DNA of 16,388 nt from Candidatus Sumerlaeota bacterium (GCA_021772735.1 JAJFLK010000382.1:1-16388); one strand, 5' to 3'; positions 7,303-14,574 are shown, counted from the first letter of the stretch. Notes: generated by a model not told the origin, from the letters alone. Made by a program: numbers and translations.

Positions 7303-8688
7303 TCAGAGCTTCAGAGAACCAATTCCGGCGCGCGACCTGCCGAGCGATTGCAAGATCCCAAGCCCCACGTTTGCCTCTTCGTCCGAACCGCCTTCAACGA
7401 CGAGGACATCGCGCCCATCGGCCGATATCCGGATCGTTCCCTTCCCATCGGGATACTTGACACGCAGCAGCCGCCCGTAGGCCTTGGCGAATTCCCGCGC
7501 GTCTGCCTCGGTGTCCCAGCTCGTCGCCATCAGCATCAGTAGGTCTCGGGCGATATCGGAACCTTCGGAGCCTCGCCTGCGCAGAACCGTATAGCTATCG
7601 CCATCCCAGCCTGCTGCGGCGGCGGCTGATTCGGATTTCATCCCGTGCTCGCCGAAAACAATCCTCCACTGTATTTCGCCCAGCGTATTCGTATCGAGAA
7701 CTTCCCAGTCCTCCAGGCCCTCGATGGCTTCCAGATCAGGCCATTCGAATTCGACCGGAGCCTCCCCGGCGAGCCATTTCTCGGGATGAAGGATTTGCTC
7801 CGAAGAGACGGGCGGATTGGAATAAAGCTCGGCAACCTTTTCCCAACCATGCTCATCGATTTCGAAGATGAAATTCAGACCCTTCATATACGCGCCCATC
7901 ATGGTCTCGATCATGAAAGGAGGAATATCATCGAGCGCCGCGACGGAGTCGGCCATATCGCCTTCGAGCAACCCGGCCATCGCCGACATCTCCGCCATCT
8001 GCTTGAGCGAATCCACGTCCATATCGCTCTGCATCTTGATCATGGGACGAAGCATGTCACGGCCGGGGATCGAACACGTCATCGAACTCAAGGACCAAAG
8101 CGTCATGATATACGTCGCCTCGCCCTCGACCACCGCCTGGCGCGCGATCATCTGATCGTCGTTCAGCGCGCCGCCGGCCTGATCCAATATGTATGCCTGC
8201 AAGTCGTAATGCTGATCCTGCAGGCCGTGATAGAGCTCGTGGGAATAGATCGACCCGAGCATCACCGTCGGCATGTCGGACATGACGACGTAAAAAGCTT
8301 CGGTCTCCGGGTCATAGTACGCGGCTGCCTGAGTCGTCATCATCGTCTTGACCATGGCCTTGACGTCGTCGATCTCTTCGCCGCGATGCAGGCCGACTTT
8401 ACGGACGACCTTGCCGAGGATTGCCGCGCGCTCTGCCGGAAGCTCCTTGTCCAATTCACGATCCAGATAGTCTTCGAACTCATTCATGGACTGATGCTGA
8501 GCGCCGAGCTTGCCCTTGAACTTGAGGCCTCGAATCTCCTCGACTTCGGCCATGATGTTATCGGCGAGAAGCTGAGGACTGACGGAAACCTCCCGGCCGT
8601 TGCGGCGAACGGTCGGCTGGCCGACCGCAGGCGCACAGAGGAAGTGAATGATAAAGGCGAAGGCGAGAAGTCGCGGAATGAGTTTCAT
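7303..8688 (-). CDS. Secreted zinc metallopeptidase, gluzincin/MA-clan (HExxH ... EGxAxY), methionine-rich
   Basis: The 461-aa protein starts at the ATG at 8688, with AAGGA 8 nt upstream on the minus strand. The signal peptide MKLIPRLLAFAFIIHFLCAPAVG|QP has small residues at -3 and -1. Motifs: HExxH in SIYSHELYHGLQDQ, and a downstream Glu ligand in AVVEGEATYIM, as in Peptidase_MA_2-type proteins. Met content is very high, for example MIKMQSDMDVDSLKQMAEMSAMAGLLEGDMADS. The long antisense ORF 7645..8880 was rejected. Confidence 0.8.
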   Translation of the reverse strand: MKLIPRLLAFAFIIHFLCAPAVGQPTVRRNGREVSVSPQLLADNIMAEVEEIRGLKFKGKLGAQHQSMNEFEDYLDRELDKELPAERAAILGKVVRKVGLHRGEEIDDVKAMVKTMMTTQAAAYYDPETEAFYVVMSDMPTVMLGSIYSHELYHGLQDQHYDLQAYILDQAGGALNDDQMIARQAVVEGEATYIMTLWSLSSMTCSIPGRDMLRPMIKMQSDMDVDSLKQMAEMSAMAGLLEGDMADSVAALDDIPPFMIETMMGAYMKGLNFIFEIDEHGWEKVAELYSNPPVSSEQILHPEKWLAGEAPVEFEWPDLEAIEGLEDWEVLDTNTLGEIQWRIVFGEHGMKSESAAAAAGWDGDSYTVLRRRGSEGSDIARDLLMLMATSWDTEADAREFAKAYGRLLRVKYPDGKGTIRISADGRDVLVVEGGSDEEANVGLGILQSLGRSRAGIGSLKL

Positions 8689-8845
8689 CGGCGGGATCCT
8701 TGGACAGTTTTCTCGTATTCGGGAGGTGCGGGAGACGCGGAAGGCGACGAGATCGGTCGCGCACGAGATGGCGCGCGGCAGTTTGACGCAACGCCCAGCC
8801 CAAAATACATCAAAAACGGAACGCCAACGGGGCCTCGAAAAAGAG

Positions 8846-8892
8846 TTGACGAATGGATTATCGATATGATATCTGTTTGATATCACTCGATC
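8846..8892 (+). promoter_or_regulatory. Putative promoter and operator region for the SPFH/Arc cassette, with a -35-like TTGACG and overlapping palindromes
   Basis: TTGACG is at 8846..8851, and a TG-extended -10-like tgaTATCTG lies about 18 nt downstream. The -10 region is embedded in the imperfect inverted repeat ATCGAtatGATATCtgtttGATATCacTCGAT (8861..8892). That repeat contains two GATATC palindromes 11 bp apart and a TATCGATA palindrome. GGAGGG at 8895..8900 is the Shine-Dalgarno for the ATG at 8910. Confidence 0.35.
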
Positions 8893-8909
8893 TGGAGGGA
8901 GCAACTATC

Positions 8910-9800
8910 ATGAAAACACAAGAGACCGAATCCAAGCTCTTCAAAGGCTCGACCGCGCTGATGACGTTTATCCCGCTCGCGCCGATCCCTGCCCTGGCCG
9001 CGATTTTTCTATTGGCCGATAGCAACACGCCCGAGGCTCCCATCGTCGTCGGCCTTCTCGTCGGCATTCCATCCCTTATCCTCACGATCTTCCTTCTCTC
9101 GGGGCTCTTTACGCTGCAACCCAATATGTCTGCGGTGCTGGTGCTTTTCGGGAAATACAAAGGGACGCTCAAGACGAGCGGATTCTGGTGGGCCAATCCG
9201 TTCATGACCAAAATTAAGGTCTCGCACCGGCGCCGCAACCTGGACACAGACAAAATCAAGGTCAACGACTCGCGCGGGAATCCGATCGAGATCGGCTCGG
9301 TCGTAGTCTGGCGCGTCGAAGATACCGCGCAGGCAACTTTTGACGTCGAAGACTTTTCGGACTTCGTCAAAATCCAAAGCGACGCCGCGCTGCGCTCGCT
9401 CGCCGGCACTTATCCATACGATGTCTTCGACGGTGACGAGGTCACGCTTCGCGGAGATACGAAAGAGGTCTCTGTATCATTGCAAAAAGAGTTGCAAGAA
9501 CGGGTCAGCAAGGCGGGCGTGATTGTCGAAGAGGCGCGCCTGAGCCACCTGGCCTATGCACCGGAGATCGCCGAGGCGATGCTTCGTCGCCAGCAGGCCG
9601 ATGCGATCGTTTCGGCCCGCGCGCGGATCGTCGAGGGCGCCGTCGGCATGGTTGAAATGGCCCTGGAGAAACTTGAGGAACACAACACGATCCAATTGGA
9701 TGAGGAGCGCAAAGCCGCCATGGTCAGCAATCTCCTCGTGATCCTGTGCAGCGATAACCCGGTAAGCCCGGTCGTCAACGCCGGAACCCTTTACACGTAG
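8910..9800 (+). CDS. SPFH/band-7 (stomatin/prohibitin/flotillin/HflKC-family) membrane protein
   Basis: The 296-aa protein starts at the ATG at 8910, with the strong Shine-Dalgarno GGAGGG 9 nt upstream. It has two N-terminal hydrophobic segments ([20 protein letters not shown] and [23 protein letters not shown]). The SPFH core follows: [17 protein letters not shown]...[43 protein letters not shown]...[13 protein letters not shown] coiled-coil-like C-terminus comes after that. Confidence 0.9.
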   Translation: MKTQETESKLFKGSTALMTFIPLAPIPALAAIFLLADSNTPEAPIVVGLLVGIPSLILTIFLLSGLFTLQPNMSAVLVLFGKYKGTLKTSGFWWANPFMTKIKVSHRRRNLDTDKIKVNDSRGNPIEIGSVVVWRVEDTAQATFDVEDFSDFVKIQSDAALRSLAGTYPYDVFDGDEVTLRGDTKEVSVSLQKELQERVSKAGVIVEEARLSHLAYAPEIAEAMLRRQQADAIVSARARIVEGAVGMVEMALEKLEEHNTIQLDEERKAAMVSNLLVILCSDNPVSPVVNAGTLYT

Positions 9801-9817
9801 ACTCTCGCGCTTGGTCC

Positions 9818-10006
9818 ATGCTCATGGCCGATCGTAAATCATTCCTGCTGAGAATCTCGCCCGAGCTCTTCGAGGAGCTTAACCGCTGGGCTCGTGATGA
9901 CCTGCGCAGCCTGAACGGCCAGATCGAGTTCCTGCTGCGCGATGCGGTGCGCAAGCAGCGGGACAAATTGAAAAGCGCCGCCGAGGATGGTTCGGAACGC
10001 GAGTAA
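9818..10006 (+). CDS. Arc/MetJ-type ribbon-helix-helix DNA-binding protein (Arc-like family)
   Basis: This 62-aa ORF lies 17 nt after the SPFH stop. The sequence SFLLRISPELFEELNRWARDDLRSLNGQIEFLLRDAV matches the Arc-like RHH pattern: a beta-strand LR(L/I)(P/S), helix A, then RS(L/M)N-x-EI and helix B. The start could be the ATG at 9818 or at 9824. Confidence 0.75.
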   Translation: MLMADRKSFLLRISPELFEELNRWARDDLRSLNGQIEFLLRDAVRKQRDKLKSAAEDGSERE

Positions 10007-10045
10007 ACCGATTGCGGCCGAGCCCTTGCTCATGGGTTCAATTTG

Positions 10046-10063
10046 GACGGCGGCGTCTTTTTT
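10046..10063 (+). terminator. Candidate intrinsic terminator after the SPFH/Arc cassette
   Basis: GACG-gcgg-CGTC stem-loop at 10046..10057 followed by T6 at 10058..10063, about 40 nt after the Arc stop. A second imperfect stem (GAGCCC...GGGTTC) lies just upstream. The stem is short, so confidence is moderate to low. Confidence 0.4.
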
Positions 10064-10195
10064 GGATCGATTATCAGGTTTTCTCAGGTTTGAGAGAAGC
10101 GGAGTGCCCAGTCGCCAGTGAGTGCCAATACAACGGCCAGCCTCCCTTGATCGCTCATGAGATGTATTGCTTACGATCCTTTTTGTAAAGTTCGC

Positions 10196-10224
10196 TTGAC
10201 ATTTCATCAAGCTTGATTTACTAT
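10196..10224 (+). promoter_or_regulatory. Sigma70-like promoter (TTGACA-N17-TACTAT) with a perfect 12-bp palindromic operator in the spacer
   Basis: TTGACA at 10196..10201 is a perfect -35. An exact 17-nt spacer follows, then TACTAT at 10219..10224 (4 of 6 matches to TATAAT). The spacer contains the perfect palindrome ATCAAGCTTGAT at 10206..10217. CTTGA/TCAAG inverted arms overlap the -35. Downstream AAAGGA (10255..10260) is the Shine-Dalgarno for the ATG at 10271. Confidence 0.5.
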
Positions 10225-10270
10225 TCGTCCTATTCGAGATAAGTAAACCGCTTGAAAGGACTTAGACGAC

Positions 10271-10717
10271 ATGAACGAAACCAACACGGAATCACTCCGG
10301 GATCAATCCTGGGGCGACATGACGCCCCGAGACCGACGCAACGAGAGACGATGCATCCTGATACTTTTCGTCTGGCTTGTCGCCTTTGCCGCAGCAACTT
10401 TCTTGATCCGCATGGATTACATCCCGACCGGACCGGCGAGCTGGGTCGTCTCCGGCATTCCCTCGCTCATCGCCCTGGCGACAGCGCTTGCCTTCTTCCG
10501 GTTCTTGCGCGAGGCAGATGAGCTCCAGCGCGCAATCCAACTCCAGGCGCTGGCGCTGGCGCTCTGGACGGGATTCGTGATCTGGCCCGCTGTTCAATTG
10601 CTTGAGAAGTCGGGAGCCTCATTCGATTTCTTTATCTCGCTTGCGGACGCTCCAATCCTCGGCATGGACGCCGCCTATATTGTCGGCATCCTGCTCGGCC
10701 GGAGCCGTTACCAGTGA
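10271..10717 (+). CDS. Small integral membrane protein (about 4 TM), partner of the XRE regulator (DUF2975-like arrangement)
   Basis: The 148-aa protein has four hydrophobic helices: CILILFVWLVAFAAATFLI, SWVVSGIPSLIALATALAFF, ALALALWTGFVIWPAV and ILGMDAAYIVGILLG. Its stop overlaps the GTG start of the HTH gene as GTGA. Confidence 0.7.
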   Translation: MNETNTESLRDQSWGDMTPRDRRNERRCILILFVWLVAFAAATFLIRMDYIPTGPASWVVSGIPSLIALATALAFFRFLREADELQRAIQLQALALALWTGFVIWPAVQLLEKSGASFDFFISLADAPILGMDAAYIVGILLGRSRYQ

Positions 10718-10911
10718 AGAACCGACTCAAAGTCCTTCGCGCCGAACGCGACTGGACGCAGGAACGGCTGGCCAGAGAACTGGACGTATCTCGCCAGACG
10801 GTCAACGCGATCGAAAAAGGAAAGTTCGATCCCAGTCTCCCGCTTGCATTTAAAATCGCCGGCCTCTTCGGCGGACGAATCGAAGACGTTTTCTTCCCGC
10901 AATCTGAATAG
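10714..10911 (+). CDS. XRE-family (Cro/C1-type) helix-turn-helix transcriptional regulator, 65 aa
   Basis: KNRLKVLRAERDWTQERLARELDVSRQTVNAIEKGKFDPSLPLAFKIAGLFGGRIEDVFF is the highly conserved short HTH_XRE regulator family, with the Q-x-x-L-A core and the (I/V)-x-x-(I/V)-E-x-G motif. It has a GTG start at 10714, and GGAG lies 9 nt upstream. Confidence 0.9.
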   Translation: MKNRLKVLRAERDWTQERLARELDVSRQTVNAIEKGKFDPSLPLAFKIAGLFGGRIEDVFFPQSE

Positions 10912-10952
10912 AAATCTCGCCGGCCCTCCGCGGCTCGAAGAATGAAAGGAAA

Positions 10953-13388
10953 ATGAAAGTGATTTATCGCAATTGGATAATATTCGCATTGATCGTATGG
11001 GCGTCAGGGGTGAGCCAGGGCTTCGCAGCCGAGCCCACCTTCGAGGCGCGCCTTGAGAAGCTCGCCAAAGAGATCGAGCGCGGCCGGGTCGAAAACCACG
11101 TCCCCGGATGCACGATCGCCGTCGTGCGCGGCGGCGAAGTTGTTTTCGCTCGGGCGTTCGGCCTTGCCGAGATCGAAACCCAGACGCCCGCAACGCTGCA
11201 AACTCGTTTCTTTATCGGATCGACGACGAAGGCCTTTACGGCGACTCTGCTTGGCATGCTCGTCGACGAGGGGAAAATGGGCTGGGATGATCCAGTCGTG
11301 CGCCACCTTCCATACTTCGATCTGGCTGTGGACAGCGAATATCCCGGAGCCCAGGCGACAATCCGCGACATCTTGAGCCACCGCACCGGCTTCACGCGGA
11401 TGAATATGTTGTGGGTGGGCGGCGCCTTAACGCCCGACGAGATTCTTCACCAGGCTTCCAAGGCAGAGCCCTTCGCGCCGTTTCGCGAACGATTCTACTA
11501 TAACAACGTCATGTTCCTTGCCGGGGGATGGGCCGGCGCTTCCGCCGGAGGCGCGGATTGGGGCACGTTGATCGGCGACCGCATCCTCACGCCGCTCGGC
11601 ATGACCGATACTCTGACGTCCGTGCGTGATGCCCGAGGCGGACCGCAGATGGCTCGCGGCTACGCGTGGGATGAAGATCTTGAGGAATTCATACTCCACT
11701 CCCCCAGCCCCGAAAGCCCGGGGGTCGATTCAGTCGGCCCGGCGGGCTCGATCAGCTCGACCGCTCCGGACATGGCGAAGTGGTTGCGTTTCCTCCTGGC
11801 CGAGGGTGTTGTGGATGGGAATCGGTTAATCAGCGAGAAGGCGTTGCGCGAGACCTGGAGAAAGCAAATCGAGATGGGCGGGGGCGCCGGTTACGGCTTG
11901 GGCTGGATGGTGCGCGACTGGCAGGGTCAACCCCTGATCGAGCACGGCGGCGCCGTCCCGGGAGGCTTCAGCGCACAGGTCGCGATCCTGCCCGAATCGG
12001 ATTTTGGCTTCGTGCTGCTTGCAAACTCTTTTCCGACTCTTTTCCCGACAGCCTCGCTCAGCCTCGTTCTCGATACGTTGCTCGGCGAGTGGACTAACGA
12101 TGACACGCAGGGCGAGACGGAAAACTTCGCTCCCCTTCTCGGCAGATACATCGCAAACTTTGCGACGCGCAGGGACGAGGTCTTCACGATCGTCGAACGC
12201 AACGGGCGGCTCGGCCTCGATATTCCATCCCAGATGGTCTTCGATCTTAACTCGCCGGACGCGGACGGGTTGCGCCATTTCGCGATTACCGATCGGACCG
12301 CCGTTTCATTTGTGCACAACGACGACGGCGAGGTCGTGGCTCTCAAGATGCACGAAGGCGGGATGGAGTTCACCGTCCCGCGTGAGGGTGTCGAAATCGA
12401 GCCCGAGATCGATCTCGATGAGTTGCACAAGTACCTCGGCTCGTATCACGCGGATGTTCAGGATGTCGACCTCACGGTGCGAATCGTGAACCAGCGGCTT
12501 GCCTTCGAGATCCCCACAGGGGGACAGCTGTTCGACGTGCATCCGCCCAACGAAAACGGGCGCTGGGTAGCGCGCGCAAGAAAGGACCTTTCGGTTTCAT
12601 TTCAAAAGGCGCAAAACGGAGCGATCACCGGTGTGAACGTTCATCGGCCCGGCGGGGCGCCGATCATCCGCTTCCGCTCGACAGACGTCGCTGAAGCGCC
12701 GCTGCCAACGGTCCATCAACTCATGGCCCTGCGCAGGAGCAACGGAAGCGTCCGCGAATCGGCAACATCCAGAAATTACCGAACTGCGGGCGTCGTGCGT
12801 TTTCCGCAAGCAGCAGTTGAGGGAAGATTCGAGGTCACGATTTCCGGGGATTACCGCTCGCGGATCGACATGGATCTCGGCCGGTTCGGCAAGATTGAGG
12901 TTGCGCTCGATGCGAACCGCGCATGGCGCGATACGACCTTCGAGATGGAACCCTCCAAAGAGTTAACCGGCAAGATGCTCGAGCAGTTGCGCCAGGGGCA
13001 TCCCTCGGCGCTCTATGGAGACTGGCGGAAGTTTTTCGATTCGGTCAGCGTGCTCCGGGCCGACGAACTTGATGGCCGCGCGGTCTACATCGTCAAGCTC
13101 CAAAAGGGGGATGTCCCCGCGATCAAACTCAGCGTGGACGCGCGGACGGGCGATGTAGTCAAAGTCGAGCAGCGCTTCATCATGCCCGCCATCGGCACCA
13201 TGCCCGTGACCACTATCAATGAGGACTTTCGCCAGGCGCATGGCATGCGCATCCCCTATCGTCAAATCGAGATTAACAAACAAACCGGCCGAATGGTTTT
13301 CGAAATCGAGAGCGTCGAGATGAATCTAGACCTGGCCAAAGATGCGTTTATTATCCGGTCGCCCGAAGAGCGCCGGGCCGTTCAATAG
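10953..13388 (+). CDS. Secreted beta-lactamase-fold serine hydrolase (class C beta-lactamase / PBP4* / esterase family, PF00144-like) with a ~430-aa C-terminal extension
   Basis: The protein has 811 aa. Signal peptide: MKVIYRNWIIFALIVWASGVSQGFAAEP. Catalytic motifs: the SxxK motif in FFIGSTTKAFTAT, YxN in FYYNNVMF, and HxG in IEHGGAVPGG. After about residue 380 there are two similar modules of roughly 110 aa (NFAPLLGRYIANFATRRDEVFTIVERNGRLGLDIP... and LHKYLGSYHADVQDVDLTVRIVNQRLAFEIPTGG...), which resemble the DUF3471-type domains that follow some beta-lactamase-fold proteins. A further ~250-aa domain follows (....AVYIVKLQKGD...KLSVDARTGDVVKVEQRF...). Confidence 0.85.
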   Translation: MKVIYRNWIIFALIVWASGVSQGFAAEPTFEARLEKLAKEIERGRVENHVPGCTIAVVRGGEVVFARAFGLAEIETQTPATLQTRFFIGSTTKAFTATLLGMLVDEGKMGWDDPVVRHLPYFDLAVDSEYPGAQATIRDILSHRTGFTRMNMLWVGGALTPDEILHQASKAEPFAPFRERFYYNNVMFLAGGWAGASAGGADWGTLIGDRILTPLGMTDTLTSVRDARGGPQMARGYAWDEDLEEFILHSPSPESPGVDSVGPAGSISSTAPDMAKWLRFLLAEGVVDGNRLISEKALRETWRKQIEMGGGAGYGLGWMVRDWQGQPLIEHGGAVPGGFSAQVAILPESDFGFVLLANSFPTLFPTASLSLVLDTLLGEWTNDDTQGETENFAPLLGRYIANFATRRDEVFTIVERNGRLGLDIPSQMVFDLNSPDADGLRHFAITDRTAVSFVHNDDGEVVALKMHEGGMEFTVPREGVEIEPEIDLDELHKYLGSYHADVQDVDLTVRIVNQRLAFEIPTGGQLFDVHPPNENGRWVARARKDLSVSFQKAQNGAITGVNVHRPGGAPIIRFRSTDVAEAPLPTVHQLMALRRSNGSVRESATSRNYRTAGVVRFPQAAVEGRFEVTISGDYRSRIDMDLGRFGKIEVALDANRAWRDTTFEMEPSKELTGKMLEQLRQGHPSALYGDWRKFFDSVSVLRADELDGRAVYIVKLQKGDVPAIKLSVDARTGDVVKVEQRFIMPAIGTMPVTTINEDFRQAHGMRIPYRQIEINKQTGRMVFEIESVEMNLDLAKDAFIIRSPEERRAVQ

Positions 13389-13392
13389 AGCC

Positions 13393-14574
13393 TCAGCCGC
13401 CGATGGCACGCTTCTCGGCGAGCGATGCGATCTCATCAGCGCTGAATCCAAGTTCGGCGAGGACGGCATCGTTATCCGCGCCCGGCGCGCGGCCGATGAA
13501 CCGGTATTCGGGCTGGGTCTCCGAGAACTTGATCGGATGCGCGAACTGACGCGCGGTGCCGCCCGCGCCGTCGTCCACTTCGACGACCATCTGCCGCGCC
13601 TGGGTCTGCCGGTGCTCGGTGACGCCCTTCATATCTATCACGGGCTCGACGCACGCGTCATGGCGGGCAAAAATTTCGATCCAATCGGCCAGGGTCTTGG
13701 ACGCGATTTTCTCAGCGACTTTCTTCTTTGCCTCGGGGATGTTCGGCATCATCGCCATCGGCGCGTTGGGCGGGGCGAGCTCGGAGAGTTCCAAGGCAGC
13801 CAGGAAATCGGCGAGAAACTTAGGCTCCAGTCCGCCCACGCTCAAGTACTCCCCATCACTGGTCCGGTAGCAATCGTAGAGGCATCCGCCGTTGAGCATC
13901 TCGGCCTCGCGTTGCGGAACTCGCCCATTGGTCAGGAAGTCTGACCCCGCGATGGCATTGAGCGCGATGGAGCCATCCAGCATGGCGACATCGACGAACT
14001 GACCCTCGCCGGTCTTCTCGCGATGAAACGCCGCGGCGAGAATCCCGATGACGAGCATCAGCGATCCGGCGGCGATATCAGCGACCTGCGTGCCGTATGG
14101 CGCGGGGCCTTCGGCTTCGCGGCCGGTGTATGAAACGATGCCCGAGAGCGCGAGGTAATTAAGGTCGTGGCCGGCGCGATCACGCATCGGGCCATCCTGA
14201 CCGTAACCCGTCAGCGCCGCATAAATGATCCCGGGATTCACTTTGCGGGCGTCGTCATACGACCAACCGAGCCGAGCCATAACGCCGGGACGGAACTGCT
14301 CGACAAGAATGTCGTGACTTTTGACAAGGCGCTCGATGATCTCGCGGCTCGCGGGTTCCTTCATGTTGACCGCGATGCAGCGCTTGGAACGCGCGAGGGT
14401 CTGATCGAGAAAATTTGCCTTGCCTCCCGCCCCGGGCGGACGCACTCCGGCGCGGCCCGGCGCGACGACGCGCGTCACCTCGGCGCCCAGATCGGCCAGC
14501 ATCATCGTGGCGTATGGCCCCGGCAGGAGCGTCGAGAAATCTAGGACTTTAAGACCCTGTAATGGACCGGACAA
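13393..14574 (-). CDS. CoA-transferase family III (CaiB/BaiF/formyl-CoA transferase/alpha-methylacyl-CoA racemase family)
   Basis: The N-terminus PLQGLKVLDFSTLLPGPYATMMLADLGAEV is the family hallmark, and GHDLNYLALSG and the Asp-containing active-site region are present. The start is a TTG at 14574, with a GGGGGA Shine-Dalgarno 6 nt upstream. The only upstream ATG is out of frame. The gene is convergent with the hydrolase, with a gap of only 4 nt. Confidence 0.9.
   Translation of the reverse strand: MSGPLQGLKVLDFSTLLPGPYATMMLADLGAEVTRVVAPGRAGVRPPGAGGKANFLDQTLARSKRCIAVNMKEPASREIIERLVKSHDILVEQFRPGVMARLGWSYDDARKVNPGIIYAALTGYGQDGPMRDRAGHDLNYLALSGIVSYTGREAEGPAPYGTQVADIAAGSLMLVIGILAAAFHREKTGEGQFVDVAMLDGSIALNAIAGSDFLTNGRVPQREAEMLNGGCLYDCYRTSDGEYLSVGGLEPKFLADFLAALELSELAPPNAPMAMMPNIPEAKKKVAEKIASKTLADWIEIFARHDACVEPVIDMKGVTEHRQTQARQMVVEVDDGAGGTARQFAHPIKFSETQPEYRFIGRAPGADNDAVLAELGFSADEIASLAEKRAIGG

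Noticed and set aside
7645-8880. 411-aa plus-strand ORF spanning most of the metalloprotease locus
   Set aside because: It is antisense to a gene that has a signal peptide, a Shine-Dalgarno and HExxH/EGEATY motifs. The product is His/Arg/Leu-rich low-complexity sequence (HRRHLRHLLERIHVHIALHLDHG) that mirrors the Asp/Glu/Met-rich sense protein.
8910-10006. SPFH/Arc cassette as a reverse-order toxin-antitoxin pair (RHH antitoxin)
   Set aside because: Arc/CopG-type RHH antitoxins normally precede a recognisable toxin (ParE/RelE/PIN etc.). The partner here is a 296-aa SPFH scaffold protein, and no toxin-like ORF is adjacent. I keep this only as a regulator hypothesis.
10031-10050. GGGTTCAATTTGG resembling a tRNA T-arm (GGTTCGAAT)
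   Set aside because: No complementary stem flanks it. No acceptor, D-arm or anticodon-arm structure is in the surrounding 90 nt. It is part of the terminator region instead.
9839-10210. 123-aa minus-strand ORF overlapping the Arc-like gene and the AT-rich spacer
   Set aside because: It overlaps a motif-bearing RHH gene on the opposite strand. It runs through the terminator hairpin and the promoter. It has no Shine-Dalgarno and an odd composition.
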